Shown here: piece after piece, positions 36,207 to 44,911 of the stretch
How positions within the stretch are numbered: the first letter of the stretch is position 1
Layout: each line of letters begins with the position of its first letter
IMG/VR virus record: IMGVR_UViG_3300017716_001243
Span: 1-49,598 of that record
DNA: 49,598 bases
Direction: 5' to 3' (one strand)
DNA from: a virus
Taxonomy: Duplodnaviria; Caudoviricetes
Notes under the pieces: generated by a model
Database searches by the model: none
Seen by the model: only the letters and a program-made list of their open reading frames with translations
What the model was told of the DNA's origin: nothing
Made by a program: the position numbers and the translations under genes

Positions 36207-37956
36207 TGTCGGGCATTCCTTGTTCCATCACAATCTGCTGTGCAGACTGCTTAAGTTTTTCAGTTTCCAACATCTCAGAAATCCGGACGTTGTCTTGGAC
36301 GAGATCGAAGCGTTCCAGTTCCAGAAGCTCCTCGACCAGTTTCGCCAGACCGATACCCGAGATGTGGGCATTGATGGCGGGGTCCTGACCCAGAGGCGAC
36401 GAAGCCAGCTGCGTGAGGTTCTGCAGGATGTTGGCGTTACGAGCAAAGCGACGAGCACCGATGGGACGGAGCTTACCTTTGGCAGCAATGTCATCCTTGG
36501 TGATCTTCATGAACTCGGCAGCGCCGAACTGGTCATCCATAACCTTAATGAGGTCAGACGGACCCATGTTGCGGCGAGCAGTCTCGAGCATGGAGTTCAG
36601 GGCGGGCTCAAGGAAGGACTCCTCGAAGTACGCACTCTTGTTGAGGAAGACTCGATTAGCGCCGTTCTCTAGGACTTGAACCTCATAGGCGGTCTTTTCA
36701 CCCGGAGTACGGAAGCCCATAGCTTGTTTGGGGGCACCGGCCATCTCTTCCATTTTAGCTTCGTAGATGGCGACTTGGGTGTCCGCATTCAGCATGGTGG
36801 TGTCAGGACGCAGGAATTCCACGTTGCCTTCGTCACCACAGTAGATGCGTTCGCCGGGGCCGTAGTCAAAGTCTTCAACGTATCCCGTCACCTTCATGAC
36901 AGGGTGGACGATTAGGTCGAAGGCGTCTGACTTGGCGTTCTCGAGGTGGTCGATGCGGTATTGCATGCCAACCAGATTATCGAGAGGGCCCATAGCGTAG
37001 AGGTTGTCAGGACGGAGACGCCAGCCACAATGGAAGATGTTCGGGCGTCCAGTCCATGTATTGCAGGGCTCATTGCGAATAATGTAGCAGCGATCAACAA
37101 CGGTAATGACGCGATTCTTTTGGAACTCTTGCGTGTCAACATCGTACAGGTCTCCATAGAAGTGGAGCAGTTCGACGTACTCCGACTGGAAGTATTGCAG
37201 GAAGGAGCCGAAGCCATCAATCTGGTAGGCGTCAGCCTTCTTGAAGTCGCCTTGGCTGAGACCGGAGAACTGGTGCCGATTCTGCATAACCTTCTCGAAG
37301 ACCTCGGCGAGATACGCATTCTCGGGGTGGTCTTGGATGTCAGCCTTCAGAGACCCGAGAGACTTAAGCTCCCGGATGATCTTAGGGGCTTCAGCAAACG
37401 AAGAGGCCGTAGCGTTAAAAACGATATCATTTGGGGAGATACGCACGAGACGAGGGCCGACAAAGCCTGAATGCTTTTCGCCGGTAATCGAATCTTCGAA
37501 CTCTTCGGCCACGAACTCCGTCATACAGAAGACGTTGCCGTAGTCGATATAGTCATTCACAAGCTGCTGCACGGTGCCACGATAGCCACCCATACGCATC
37601 TTGTTGGCCATATAGGCTTCGATTACTTCGCGCTTAGTCTTGGCCTCCGAGGATTCATCATCACCTTCCCACTTAATAGGACGGTCATTAGGGAACAGAG
37701 CCGCCATATAGTTGGCGTTCAGGTTATCCCGAATCTGACAGAGCTTAGGAATGTGGACAGAGTTCTTCCACGGCAGGGCCTCGTTGGAGGTGCCCGAAGT
37801 GTCGGTCGCAAAGATGTATTCGCGAATCTCGGCTTTCTCTTCGAGCCATTGATTTCGCATGGACTCCCATTCAACAAACTTGTTGCTGATATGACGAGCC
37901 AGATGGTCGGGATTAAGAATGTCCCAGATGTCTAGACTGCGGGTACCAGTGGCCAT
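36169..37956 (-). CDS. Portal protein
   Basis: 595 aa after TerL; DYGN, MGPLDNL, RTPGEKTA.EV. Confidence 0.9.
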   Translation of the reverse strand: MATGTRSLDIWDILNPDHLARHISNKFVEWESMRNQWLEEKAEIREYIFATDTSGTSNEALPWKNSVHIPKLCQIRDNLNANYMAALFPNDRPIKWEGDDESSEAKTKREVIEAYMANKMRMGGYRGTVQQLVNDYIDYGNVFCMTEFVAEEFEDSITGEKHSGFVGPRLVRISPNDIVFNATASSFAEAPKIIRELKSLGSLKADIQDHPENAYLAEVFEKVMQNRHQFSGLSQGDFKKADAYQIDGFGSFLQYFQSEYVELLHFYGDLYDVDTQEFQKNRVITVVDRCYIIRNEPCNTWTGRPNIFHCGWRLRPDNLYAMGPLDNLVGMQYRIDHLENAKSDAFDLIVHPVMKVTGYVEDFDYGPGERIYCGDEGNVEFLRPDTTMLNADTQVAIYEAKMEEMAGAPKQAMGFRTPGEKTAYEVQVLENGANRVFLNKSAYFEESFLEPALNSMLETARRNMGPSDLIKVMDDQFGAAEFMKITKDDIAAKGKLRPIGARRFARNANILQNLTQLASSPLGQDPAINAHISGIGLAKLVEELLELERFDLVQDNVRISEMLETEKLKQSAQQIVMEQGMPDNANPMVPASPQG

Positions 37957-39524
37957 TACATAACTCTTCCAGAAACGCCGCCGAAGCGGCCATAGACAAT
38001 ATTAGAAGTAGACCCAGATCGGCCACCTTGCATGCCGACGGGAGGTACTGCGATCTCAATAGCCGAGGCCAGAGCATCCATAACGTCGTCGTGGGGCGGG
38101 TGAGACAAGATCAGCTCATCCTCGAGGACTTGACAGTTGCCGCCTTTGTAGTGCCAGACGCTGTCATTGTCGTACCGGGGTTCAAGAATCGCAGCAAGTC
38201 GCTCTTCTTTAGAGCCTTGGTGGCGGGTCGGCTTGTGGTCCACAACGCTGAGGTGCATACCATATGATCGAATATGGTCCTTGAGCTGGGAGACAATAGC
38301 TCTCTGAGCCGCTGTAATTTCTGCGGACAGTTTGCGGAAATCCCATTTGACGTGCAGGTCGAGGATGTGTTTGAAGTATTCACTTATCTTGTCTGTTTTG
38401 AAACGATCGATGTCAAGTACGTAGATAAAGCCGTCTCGGTCGATCCCGATGACAACAATAGCCGTATAATCAGATCGAGCTGACTCTGAGTAAGCGAAGT
38501 CGACAGCAGCGAATACGTTGAGCTTGCGGTCTCTATACCACCAGGAACCGTTCTGATTGAGCATGTGCTTCTTGTCATAGTACTGGAACTTACCTCGATC
38601 GATCCGCATGTCCCCGGGGTCGTTGGGGTCGTTATAGTACTGGGCACGGAACTGTGTACGGTCTAGATACTGTGCGCGCTTACGGGCCAGAATCTTTTGG
38701 TCAAAGCCGAACTTCCGACCATCGGAGCGAATCTGGACGGGCCAGAGGAACTCACCAGTGCCGTCACCGTTATTCTCGACAGCGCGCTCGAAGACCTCAT
38801 AGACAGGTTCACGGTCGACTACGTCATTGTTCTCATCGTACACATCTTCGTGCATGTCGATGAGTTCAGAGTAGAGGTCTTTAGGGTGGTAACGGGTACC
38901 ACAGGCCCACACAGAAGCGTCACCACCTTGGATGGACGCCAACAGTGAGTACTGGCTCTGGACCTTGTTCCGGCCCTCGTCCGTGTACGCATTCTCGTAG
39001 ACAACCACATCGTCCATTACCGCCACATCGCAGTGAAGACCGGTCAGGGAGGTTGTCAGGCCGCCGGTAAAGACCGTTGCATCCCGGATACCCTCTTCCC
39101 GCCTCTTCGGGTGGTCGATAGCAATTTCCGTATTCGTCCATCGTTCACGCTTCCCTTCTTCTTCATTTACCATTTCAGGCCAGTATCGACGATACACATC
39201 GCTGGTCAGAATGTCCTTGATGAACTTAAGTTGCTTCTCGGCAAGGTGGCTGGTAGCGGAGACATAAAGAATCCTGATGTCAGGACGCCTCGTGATCTCC
39301 CAGGCCACTCGGAAGGCGATCATGCGGGACTTACCGTGGTCTCGAGGCAGCAGCAGGAGTTGGTGCGTCTTAGCCTCTTGTCGGGTCCACCATGAGCAAA
39401 GCTCTACGTGAACGGCCCCCAAGACCTGCTTAGGGGCAATAAGACGAATGAAGGTCTCAAGGTCAGCAAGAGCTGCTTCCTTGATCTGCTCCTTCTTAGT
39501 CTCGCGGGTTTCGTTTAGAGCCAT
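37956..39524 (-). CDS. terL: Terminase large subunit
   Basis: PRDHGKS Walker A, VMDD Walker B, GTRYH, VDFA, HDDVMDAL. Confidence 0.95.
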   Translation of the reverse strand: MALNETRETKKEQIKEAALADLETFIRLIAPKQVLGAVHVELCSWWTRQEAKTHQLLLLPRDHGKSRMIAFRVAWEITRRPDIRILYVSATSHLAEKQLKFIKDILTSDVYRRYWPEMVNEEEGKRERWTNTEIAIDHPKRREEGIRDATVFTGGLTTSLTGLHCDVAVMDDVVVYENAYTDEGRNKVQSQYSLLASIQGGDASVWACGTRYHPKDLYSELIDMHEDVYDENNDVVDREPVYEVFERAVENNGDGTGEFLWPVQIRSDGRKFGFDQKILARKRAQYLDRTQFRAQYYNDPNDPGDMRIDRGKFQYYDKKHMLNQNGSWWYRDRKLNVFAAVDFAYSESARSDYTAIVVIGIDRDGFIYVLDIDRFKTDKISEYFKHILDLHVKWDFRKLSAEITAAQRAIVSQLKDHIRSYGMHLSVVDHKPTRHQGSKEERLAAILEPRYDNDSVWHYKGGNCQVLEDELILSHPPHDDVMDALASAIEIAVPPVGMQGGRSGSTSNIVYGRFGGVSGRVM

Positions 39525-39756
39525 TCTTCTTACGTGGATACGAGCGGTTGGCCTTCTTACTTTCCATCCGCAGGTTCCCCTTCCTATTGTCTAGAGGGTT
39601 CCCGTTTGCATGGCCGACATCTTTACCGTCACCCTTGCGTGCCTTGCCGGAGCGAATCATTTCAGCCCGGGCCCTGTTACGGGCCATGCGACGCTTGACT
39701 TGCTCTGGCTTGGAGTTGTACTTAGCTTGTGCGCGCTGCCTAGCTTCAGTTGCCAT
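39496..39756 (-). CDS. Small basic HNH-like protein between the terminase genes
   Basis: KGDGKDVGH...N...NLR......NRS. Confidence 0.75.
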   Translation of the reverse strand: MATEARQRAQAKYNSKPEQVKRRMARNRARAEMIRSGKARKGDGKDVGHANGNPLDNRKGNLRMESKKANRSYPRKKNGSKRNPRD

Positions 39757-40307
39757 TACGCCTTGCCTCCTTTGATAACAGAAAGTCCAATGCGGGCTAG
39801 GTCCTCATCTTCCACGGTAAGCGCCTCGGCGGCCCTCTTAAGTTGGCCCTCGAGTTCACTCTTGGAGGGACGACCCTTGGCGTGCTTGTCATACTCAGCC
39901 GTCGCAATGAACTTAGCAGCAGCAAGAGCTTGAGCACCATTCTCTCCGTTCATAATCTCGATAGCCTTAGCGATGGCCTCTGACTTAAGTTGGAGATTAA
40001 GTTCCGATATCCAGACCTCATAGGCTTCACGGAACCAAGCGCACTTCATGAGACGGAGCCAGTGGTTCCAGTCGCCGAGATACGTCAGAGCCCACTTGCG
40101 ACCCGTCGGGTCTTTAAGGTTGACAAAGGTAGTCCTGCAATTGATGAGGCCGGGCCGTTCGTCATAGAGGTCAAAGACGGGGGCACAAATGAGGCGGTGC
40201 TTGGGCCTGTCAAAGGTCTTCTGGTAGAAGAGAGCCTCGGTGAGCCAGACGCCAGAATCCCCCTTGTAGGGGGGACTCTTAAAGCGCTTTAGTTCAGGAT
40301 TTTGCAT
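39756..40307 (-). CDS. terS: Terminase small subunit (probable)
   Basis: Position; DPT, W.HW, AAKF, KGRPSK; start taken as MQNPEL. Confidence 0.65.
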   Translation of the reverse strand: MQNPELKRFKSPPYKGDSGVWLTEALFYQKTFDRPKHRLICAPVFDLYDERPGLINCRTTFVNLKDPTGRKWALTYLGDWNHWLRLMKCAWFREAYEVWISELNLQLKSEAIAKAIEIMNGENGAQALAAAKFIATAEYDKHAKGRPSKSELEGQLKRAAEALTVEDEDLARIGLSVIKGGKA

Positions 40308-40428
40308 CGACCGTCTGAGCCAGCGCCTGGAGGGCATTTACACAAGCCATGAAGACCGGAGCCTCTCCGCCCTTTAGATCGACACGGGCGAGGAACGCGA
40401 GGGTTTGTTGAATAAGTTGATTGTCCAT
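40294..40428 (-). CDS. Small protein, 44 aa (possible fibre chaperone)
   Basis: AGGA RBS; FLARVDLKGGEA. Confidence 0.6.
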   Translation of the reverse strand: MDNQLIQQTLAFLARVDLKGGEAPVFMACVNALQALAQTVDAKS

Positions 40429-40439
40429 TTTAATTCCTA

Positions 40440-42458
40440 TTAAGCTGCGGTCGTTACTGCTGTCCAAGTGGTCGAACCGTCTGTGTTCACGTACATCCGG
40501 TCGCTGGTCCCGGAGCCGTCCGACCGCAGGTAGAGCGAACCCTTCGCAGCGGCCAACGTCGGAGCGCCAGAGCCACCAAACACACCGAAGTTGCTGGTCG
40601 AGAACATCTTGATGCCAGCGCCTGCGGTTCCGCCTGCGGGGATCGCTGTGGCCGAGAGCGCCTGCACCCACCCCTTCGCCGTTACGTCGCCCGACGTTTG
40701 GCTGACGCGGAAACGCTCAGTGCCCGCACCGTAGAGGATCATCGGGCCGCCGACGTTCAGCACCGCCGTACCGTAGGCAAGCTGCGCACCGAGCGAGTCG
40801 TCCAGCTTGACGTAAGCCGTCGTCCCGGTTCCGTAAAAGCGGTTTGATGCCCGAATGTCCCCGGTTACGCTCAGTTTGTCGGTGTCGGTCGTGTTGCCGA
40901 TGCTGACGTTGCGGGTGGAGAAGACCCGGATAGCCTCAGTGCCGCTGGTCGAGAACGCCAGCACGTTGGCGGACGGGGACCACATCCCCACGTCCAGGTC
41001 TCCCGTGAAACTGTAGGTTGGTGCGGCGGCGCTCCCAAGGGCTGCTGCCACCTGTCCGGTGATACCGCCGTTTAGCGTGACCGGGCCGCCGAAGTAGGAG
41101 GGAGTCGTGCCTGCCGAATAGAACGCCCAATTGGTACCGCCCGTCGTCAGACTTTCAGCATAGTAGGCATACTGGTTCGTGATAACCGCGCCGCTCGCAA
41201 GGATAGGCGCAGCAACGTAGGCCCCGTAACGGTTTGTCACGGTGCCTGTATCAATCGTGGGCAGCGTGAAATACCCGTACATATCGATCATCGTCTGACC
41301 AGCAGACGCGGCCAGATACGACGGTCGATCCTGGAACCCGGCCCAGTGGTCATAGGGCTGCCCAGCCATCGTGGTGTAGGCGTCAAAAGCAGCGAAGGCG
41401 TTTGAACCGGGGCGGCGGAAGTAGGTGCGCTCCACGAAGCCGTGACCAGCGGTCGTGCTGCTGTCGTTCATGTCGCGGGAGATGACGACGCCGGGATCAG
41501 TCGAGGTTGCGCCGTATTGGCCGACAATAACTCGATCTCCAAGCTGGGATGTCATGGTGCCCGGCGTATAGATCAGCCAGTTATTCGTGCCTGCGGTCAG
41601 GTCTTCAGCGTAGAAGGCGTACTGGTTGGTGATCGCCCCGCCGTTCGTCAGGGTCGGGGCGGCGACGTAAGCACCGAAGCGGTCTGTGGCCGTGCCGGTG
41701 TCGATGCTCGGCAGGTCAAAGAACCCGTACAAGTCCGTCATCGTCTGGCCGCTGGAACCAGCGAGGTATCTGGGGCGTGACTGGAAGCCTGCATAATGGT
41801 CGTATGAGTTCCCGACCATCTCGGTGACCGCGTCAAACGCAGCGAACGCTACCCCGCCGCTCCTGCGATACAGGCTCTTTTCAACAAACCCGTGGCCGTT
41901 CTCGGTACTCGCATCGAACATATCTCGCGAGATGACAATCCCAGAATCGGTAGAGGTCTGGTCATAAGTACCTACCCGCAGCGGGGCGAGGCCGGTAGTT
42001 GCGTCAGTACCCAGCGCAATGATGCCGCCGGTAACGTCAACATCAGAAGCATCTTGCAGAGCCATTGTGCCGAGACCCAGATTGGTCCGGGCCGTAGCAG
42101 CACTAGCAAGGTCCGAAAGGTTATTGGCTTTAAGGGCCGCTTGAGTAATGATGGAAGTAGCTTCATCGGCAGCAGCCTCGGCATCATCTACGTAACCTTG
42201 AAGATCGCCAAGGGTGGTAACCAAATCAAGGGCCGGTTGGATGTCAGTAAGTCGGGCTGCATCGGTTTCGTCTACAGGCTCGCCAACATTGATGATGCGG
42301 TTGTCATTCAGGTCAAGTGCCGCTTCCATCTGATTAGGAGCGGTACCGTCTCGACTGAGAGTGTTGTCAATAGCCTCCTCGATCAAAACCAGATCAGCAT
42401 TCAGAGCGGTCGTTGAACGATAACCCGACTGAAGAGGATTCAAAGTTAGTTTGGAAAT
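40440..42458 (-). CDS. Long tail fibre / receptor-binding protein, apparent ATT start
   Basis: Shares NTLSRDGT.PN.M...LD.N.NRIIN and NNLSD.ASAATARTNLGLG with 32423-33355; internal 150-aa duplication. Confidence 0.85.
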   Translation of the reverse strand: MSKLTLNPLQSGYRSTTALNADLVLIEEAIDNTLSRDGTAPNQMEAALDLNDNRIINVGEPVDETDAARLTDIQPALDLVTTLGDLQGYVDDAEAAADEATSIITQAALKANNLSDLASAATARTNLGLGTMALQDASDVDVTGGIIALGTDATTGLAPLRVGTYDQTSTDSGIVISRDMFDASTENGHGFVEKSLYRRSGGVAFAAFDAVTEMVGNSYDHYAGFQSRPRYLAGSSGQTMTDLYGFFDLPSIDTGTATDRFGAYVAAPTLTNGGAITNQYAFYAEDLTAGTNNWLIYTPGTMTSQLGDRVIVGQYGATSTDPGVVISRDMNDSSTTAGHGFVERTYFRRPGSNAFAAFDAYTTMAGQPYDHWAGFQDRPSYLAASAGQTMIDMYGYFTLPTIDTGTVTNRYGAYVAAPILASGAVITNQYAYYAESLTTGGTNWAFYSAGTTPSYFGGPVTLNGGITGQVAAALGSAAAPTYSFTGDLDVGMWSPSANVLAFSTSGTEAIRVFSTRNVSIGNTTDTDKLSVTGDIRASNRFYGTGTTAYVKLDDSLGAQLAYGTAVLNVGGPMILYGAGTERFRVSQTSGDVTAKGWVQALSATAIPAGGTAGAGIKMFSTSNFGVFGGSGAPTLAAAKGSLYLRSDGSGTSDRMYVNTDGSTTWTAVTTAA

Positions 42459-42484
42459 TGGTTCAATCCTTAGAAGATTAGGAC

Positions 42485-42524
42485 AAAAAGAAAGGGGGCC
42501 GGGCTACAAGCTCGGGTACCCCTT
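42485..42524 (-). terminator. Terminator between the late promoter and the first late gene
   Basis: AAGGGGTACCCGAGC-TTGTA-GCCCGGCCCCC-TTTCTTTTT on the minus strand. Confidence 0.65.
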
Positions 42525-42645
42525 GAGCAACTCTGCATCAAAAGTAAGCAAGTAAGAGGAGGACAAAGATTAAAAGATTGATAACCATTAAATCCAGTCA
42601 CCCTTGTGGGTAACACTTACATGAGCTCTCTTGCGCTATGCTCTA

Positions 42646-42674
42646 ATTATAGCATATTTTAAAGACAAAGTCAA
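42646..42674 (-). promoter_or_regulatory. Sigma70 promoter heading the structural arm
   Basis: TTGACT-17 nt-TATAAT with extended TG. Confidence 0.8.
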
Positions 42675-43253
42675 TAGAGAGAATGACAAATAATTACCTA
42701 ATACCTTATCGAGACAGCATAAGAGATGGTATCCCCCGATGAGTCACCCTAGGCAGTCCTCTTAGGCGCTATGGAACATCCGATGTAAGCATATCATGTA
42801 GACACCCCGAAAGATGGGATACCCCCGAGGCACCTCGAGTTGCATAGGAATTTCTCTAGGAATATCTTTAGGTGTCATATGCAAGAATAAGGCCACCCCA
42901 GACCCCCCGGTGCCACCCCTCAAGTCCATCCAAAGCAACCCCAAAGGTTCCACAAGGTTTCATGGGGGTCCATTGAGTATAGACAGTGGCCGTTACTGTT
43001 GAGGGACAGATGAGGGACAGATGATGGTGCAAGTAATGGGGTCCGATACTTGTGTGATACACTGAAGTAGGGGAGGGGAGATAACATACGGTTGTATTCA
43101 TTACCTATCCCTCATTCATGCCACTCCACCGGGAATCCGTGTCAAGCATCCTTTACTTATCACGGCTTTGTGATCGGTATTCCCCGTTTGTTCTGGTTTG
43201 TTCACGGTCCGTTGCCATTGACACGGTTCGGGGTATCCCGGAGGAGGGGGGAC

Positions 43254-43272
43254 GTTCTTTGACATCGTGAAT
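43254..43272 (+). promoter_or_regulatory. rrn-type boxA-like antitermination element
   Basis: GTTCTTTGACATCGTGAAT resembles boxA (GYTCTTTRAMA) as I recall it from alphaproteobacterial rRNA spacers. Confidence 0.5.
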
Positions 43273-43353
43273 AACTAGATGAGCCTCTAAGTAAGAGGGT
43301 GGCGGGAGCTATGTCTTAACCCCGAAACCCACTAGCTAGAGAAAGAACAACCC

Positions 43354-43554
43354 ATGACCACACAAACACAATTCAAGTCTGCAATCCGCGCCCTTGGTTT
43401 CATCGTTAGTGTCGAGGACGGTGAATACAGGGTAACGCTTCCGGTTCGCTGCTATGGCGGTGACAGTGAAGCAGCCGAAACCGAAGCTTATTACACCAAT
43501 GACGGACAAGACGCCTTGGACACCGCTAAACAATGGCGGAATGGGATTAGCTAA
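43354..43554 (+). CDS. Early hypothetical protein
   Basis: 66 aa; DGEYRV...EAYYTND..DA..TA. Confidence 0.75.
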   Translation: MTTQTQFKSAIRALGFIVSVEDGEYRVTLPVRCYGGDSEAAETEAYYTNDGQDALDTAKQWRNGIS

Positions 43555-43571
43555 ACGCCTACCACTATTCG

Positions 43572-43615
43572 CCGCCCTTTTCCTTAGTGCCTCATCTAGC
43601 AATCACCGAAAGGAA
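43572..43615 (+). repeat. 44-bp direct repeat copy 1 (ends in the RBS)
   Basis: Identical to 43807-43850. Confidence 0.95.
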
Positions 43616-43623
43616 ACTAACCC

Positions 43624-43791
43624 ATGACTAACGCCCTCAAGCTTCAATCTATGTTATTCCTACTGTCAGACGACACGCTTCGCGCCATTATTAAGGACGC
43701 TGAAAAGCTAATACATGATGCACCAATAACAGCGGAGGAAACCCGCTACATTGTACAACAAGAGTTAGACGCCAACCGTACACGCTACTAA
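43624..43791 (+). CDS. Early hypothetical protein, 55 aa
   Basis: AAGGA RBS from the repeat; MTNALKLQSMLFLLSDD... Confidence 0.65.
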   Translation: MTNALKLQSMLFLLSDDTLRAIIKDAEKLIHDAPITAEETRYIVQQELDANRTRY

Positions 43792-43806
43792 CAACGTCTA
43801 TCACGC

Positions 43807-43850
43807 CCGCCCTTTTCCTTAGTGCCTCATCTAGCAATCACCGAAAGGAA
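43807..43850 (+). repeat. 44-bp direct repeat copy 2
   Basis: Identical to 43572-43615. Confidence 0.95.
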
Positions 43851-43856
43851 CAGACT

Positions 43857-44096
43857 ATGTATAACCCCGATTACACCGGCAAAGGTTCAATCCGAGTTGT
43901 CGAGTATAGTGAAGGTTCAATATCAGGGATTGTCGAGTATCTGTATAGGCTCGACTCTCGGCTTTCCCGTCTTATCGCTATTCGTCACGCTTTCTTTTCT
44001 GTCACCGTGGCCCTCAATCATGGGTACACTGTAACAGTTGAGGAAACAGACCCGGCCCTTACTTGGACTAGCGCCGACGGCCACACTTTCAATTAA
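43857..44096 (+). CDS. Early hypothetical protein
   Basis: 79 aa, AAGGA RBS. Confidence 0.7.
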   Translation: MYNPDYTGKGSIRVVEYSEGSISGIVEYLYRLDSRLSRLIAIRHAFFSVTVALNHGYTVTVEETDPALTWTSADGHTFN

Positions 44097-44107
44097 GGAA
44101 ACAAGTA

Positions 44108-44368
44108 ATGACTAACTATAAGCGTCCCCGTGACGGTAAAATGTATCTCTTTACTAACAAGCGTCCTAATGGCGAAGGCATACTAATGGCAACGCAAGGC
44201 GCTTTCCTCTTAGGGATGAGAGAATGTATCAACGGACGGCAAGGTTACGCTGCTATCTGTCCTCAAGATAATCCCTATTACGTAGGATGGCCGGAACATT
44301 CCGCTTGGCTTCGCGGCCTATTACTTGCGAACCGTCACGCATCCAGCCTCAAGCGCAACCGCTACTAA
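44108..44368 (+). CDS. Early protein with Rmf-like motif
   Basis: AF..G......G.........NPY.....H.AW.RG. Confidence 0.65.
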   Translation: MTNYKRPRDGKMYLFTNKRPNGEGILMATQGAFLLGMRECINGRQGYAAICPQDNPYYVGWPEHSAWLRGLLLANRHASSLKRNRY

Positions 44369-44378
44369 GGAACAGACT

Positions 44379-44513
44379 ATGTATAACTTCACCACTGAAG
44401 AATATGAGATGATCGAACGGTCCTTAGACTTGCAAGCCTTGTTGGATGCAAGTGACGACGGAATGACTATTGAAGAACAACACGACTTAGAGGCTTTCAT
44501 GGCGGGCGAATAA
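44379..44513 (+). CDS. Early acidic protein, 44 aa
   Basis: AAGGA RBS; 13 D/E versus 1 R. Confidence 0.7.
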   Translation: MYNFTTEEYEMIERSLDLQALLDASDDGMTIEEQHDLEAFMAGE

Positions 44514-44532
44514 CCCGCTATACAATACAGAC

Positions 44533-44568
44533 AACCCCCGTTGCTTCACCGCGCGGGGGTTTTTCTTT
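44533..44568 (+). terminator. Rho-independent terminator
   Basis: AACCCCCG...CGGGGGTT-TTTCTTT. Confidence 0.85.
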
Positions 44569-44658
44569 GTCCTGCGTCCTGTTATGTTATACCATGTCAA
44601 GCACCCTTGACAATATGTCAACCTCACTTGTCACCGATCACGATTGCGTGATTGGCCA

Positions 44659-44687
44659 TTGACTAATCTATCACGATCGGCTAACGC
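44659..44687 (+). promoter_or_regulatory. Putative alphaproteobacterial-type housekeeping promoter
   Basis: TTGACT-17 nt-TAACGC, with GCTA at the -10 as in the other promoters here. Confidence 0.5.
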
Positions 44688-44911
44688 GCGCGCCTGTTCC
44701 TTATCCCTCGCGTGAAAGGCTTTGCCGGGTGAAGCACTTTGTTAAATAAAGTGAAATCTGCCTTATTGTTGCCACGATTCCAGGGCTTATGGTCCTCGTT
44801 CCCGCCATATGGGAACGGGTTACCGGCCTTAGGGCCTTTAGCGCGAAGGGCATAGGGCCTAGACCGCGAAGGGACCGCTACAGGGTAACGGTTGAAAGGA
44901 TAGGTGAAGCT

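Noticed and set aside
43190-43214. Alphaproteobacterial LexA box (GTTC-N7-GTTC)
   Set aside because: Spacing is N6, the alternative has a mismatched half-site, and the phage has no lysogeny genes
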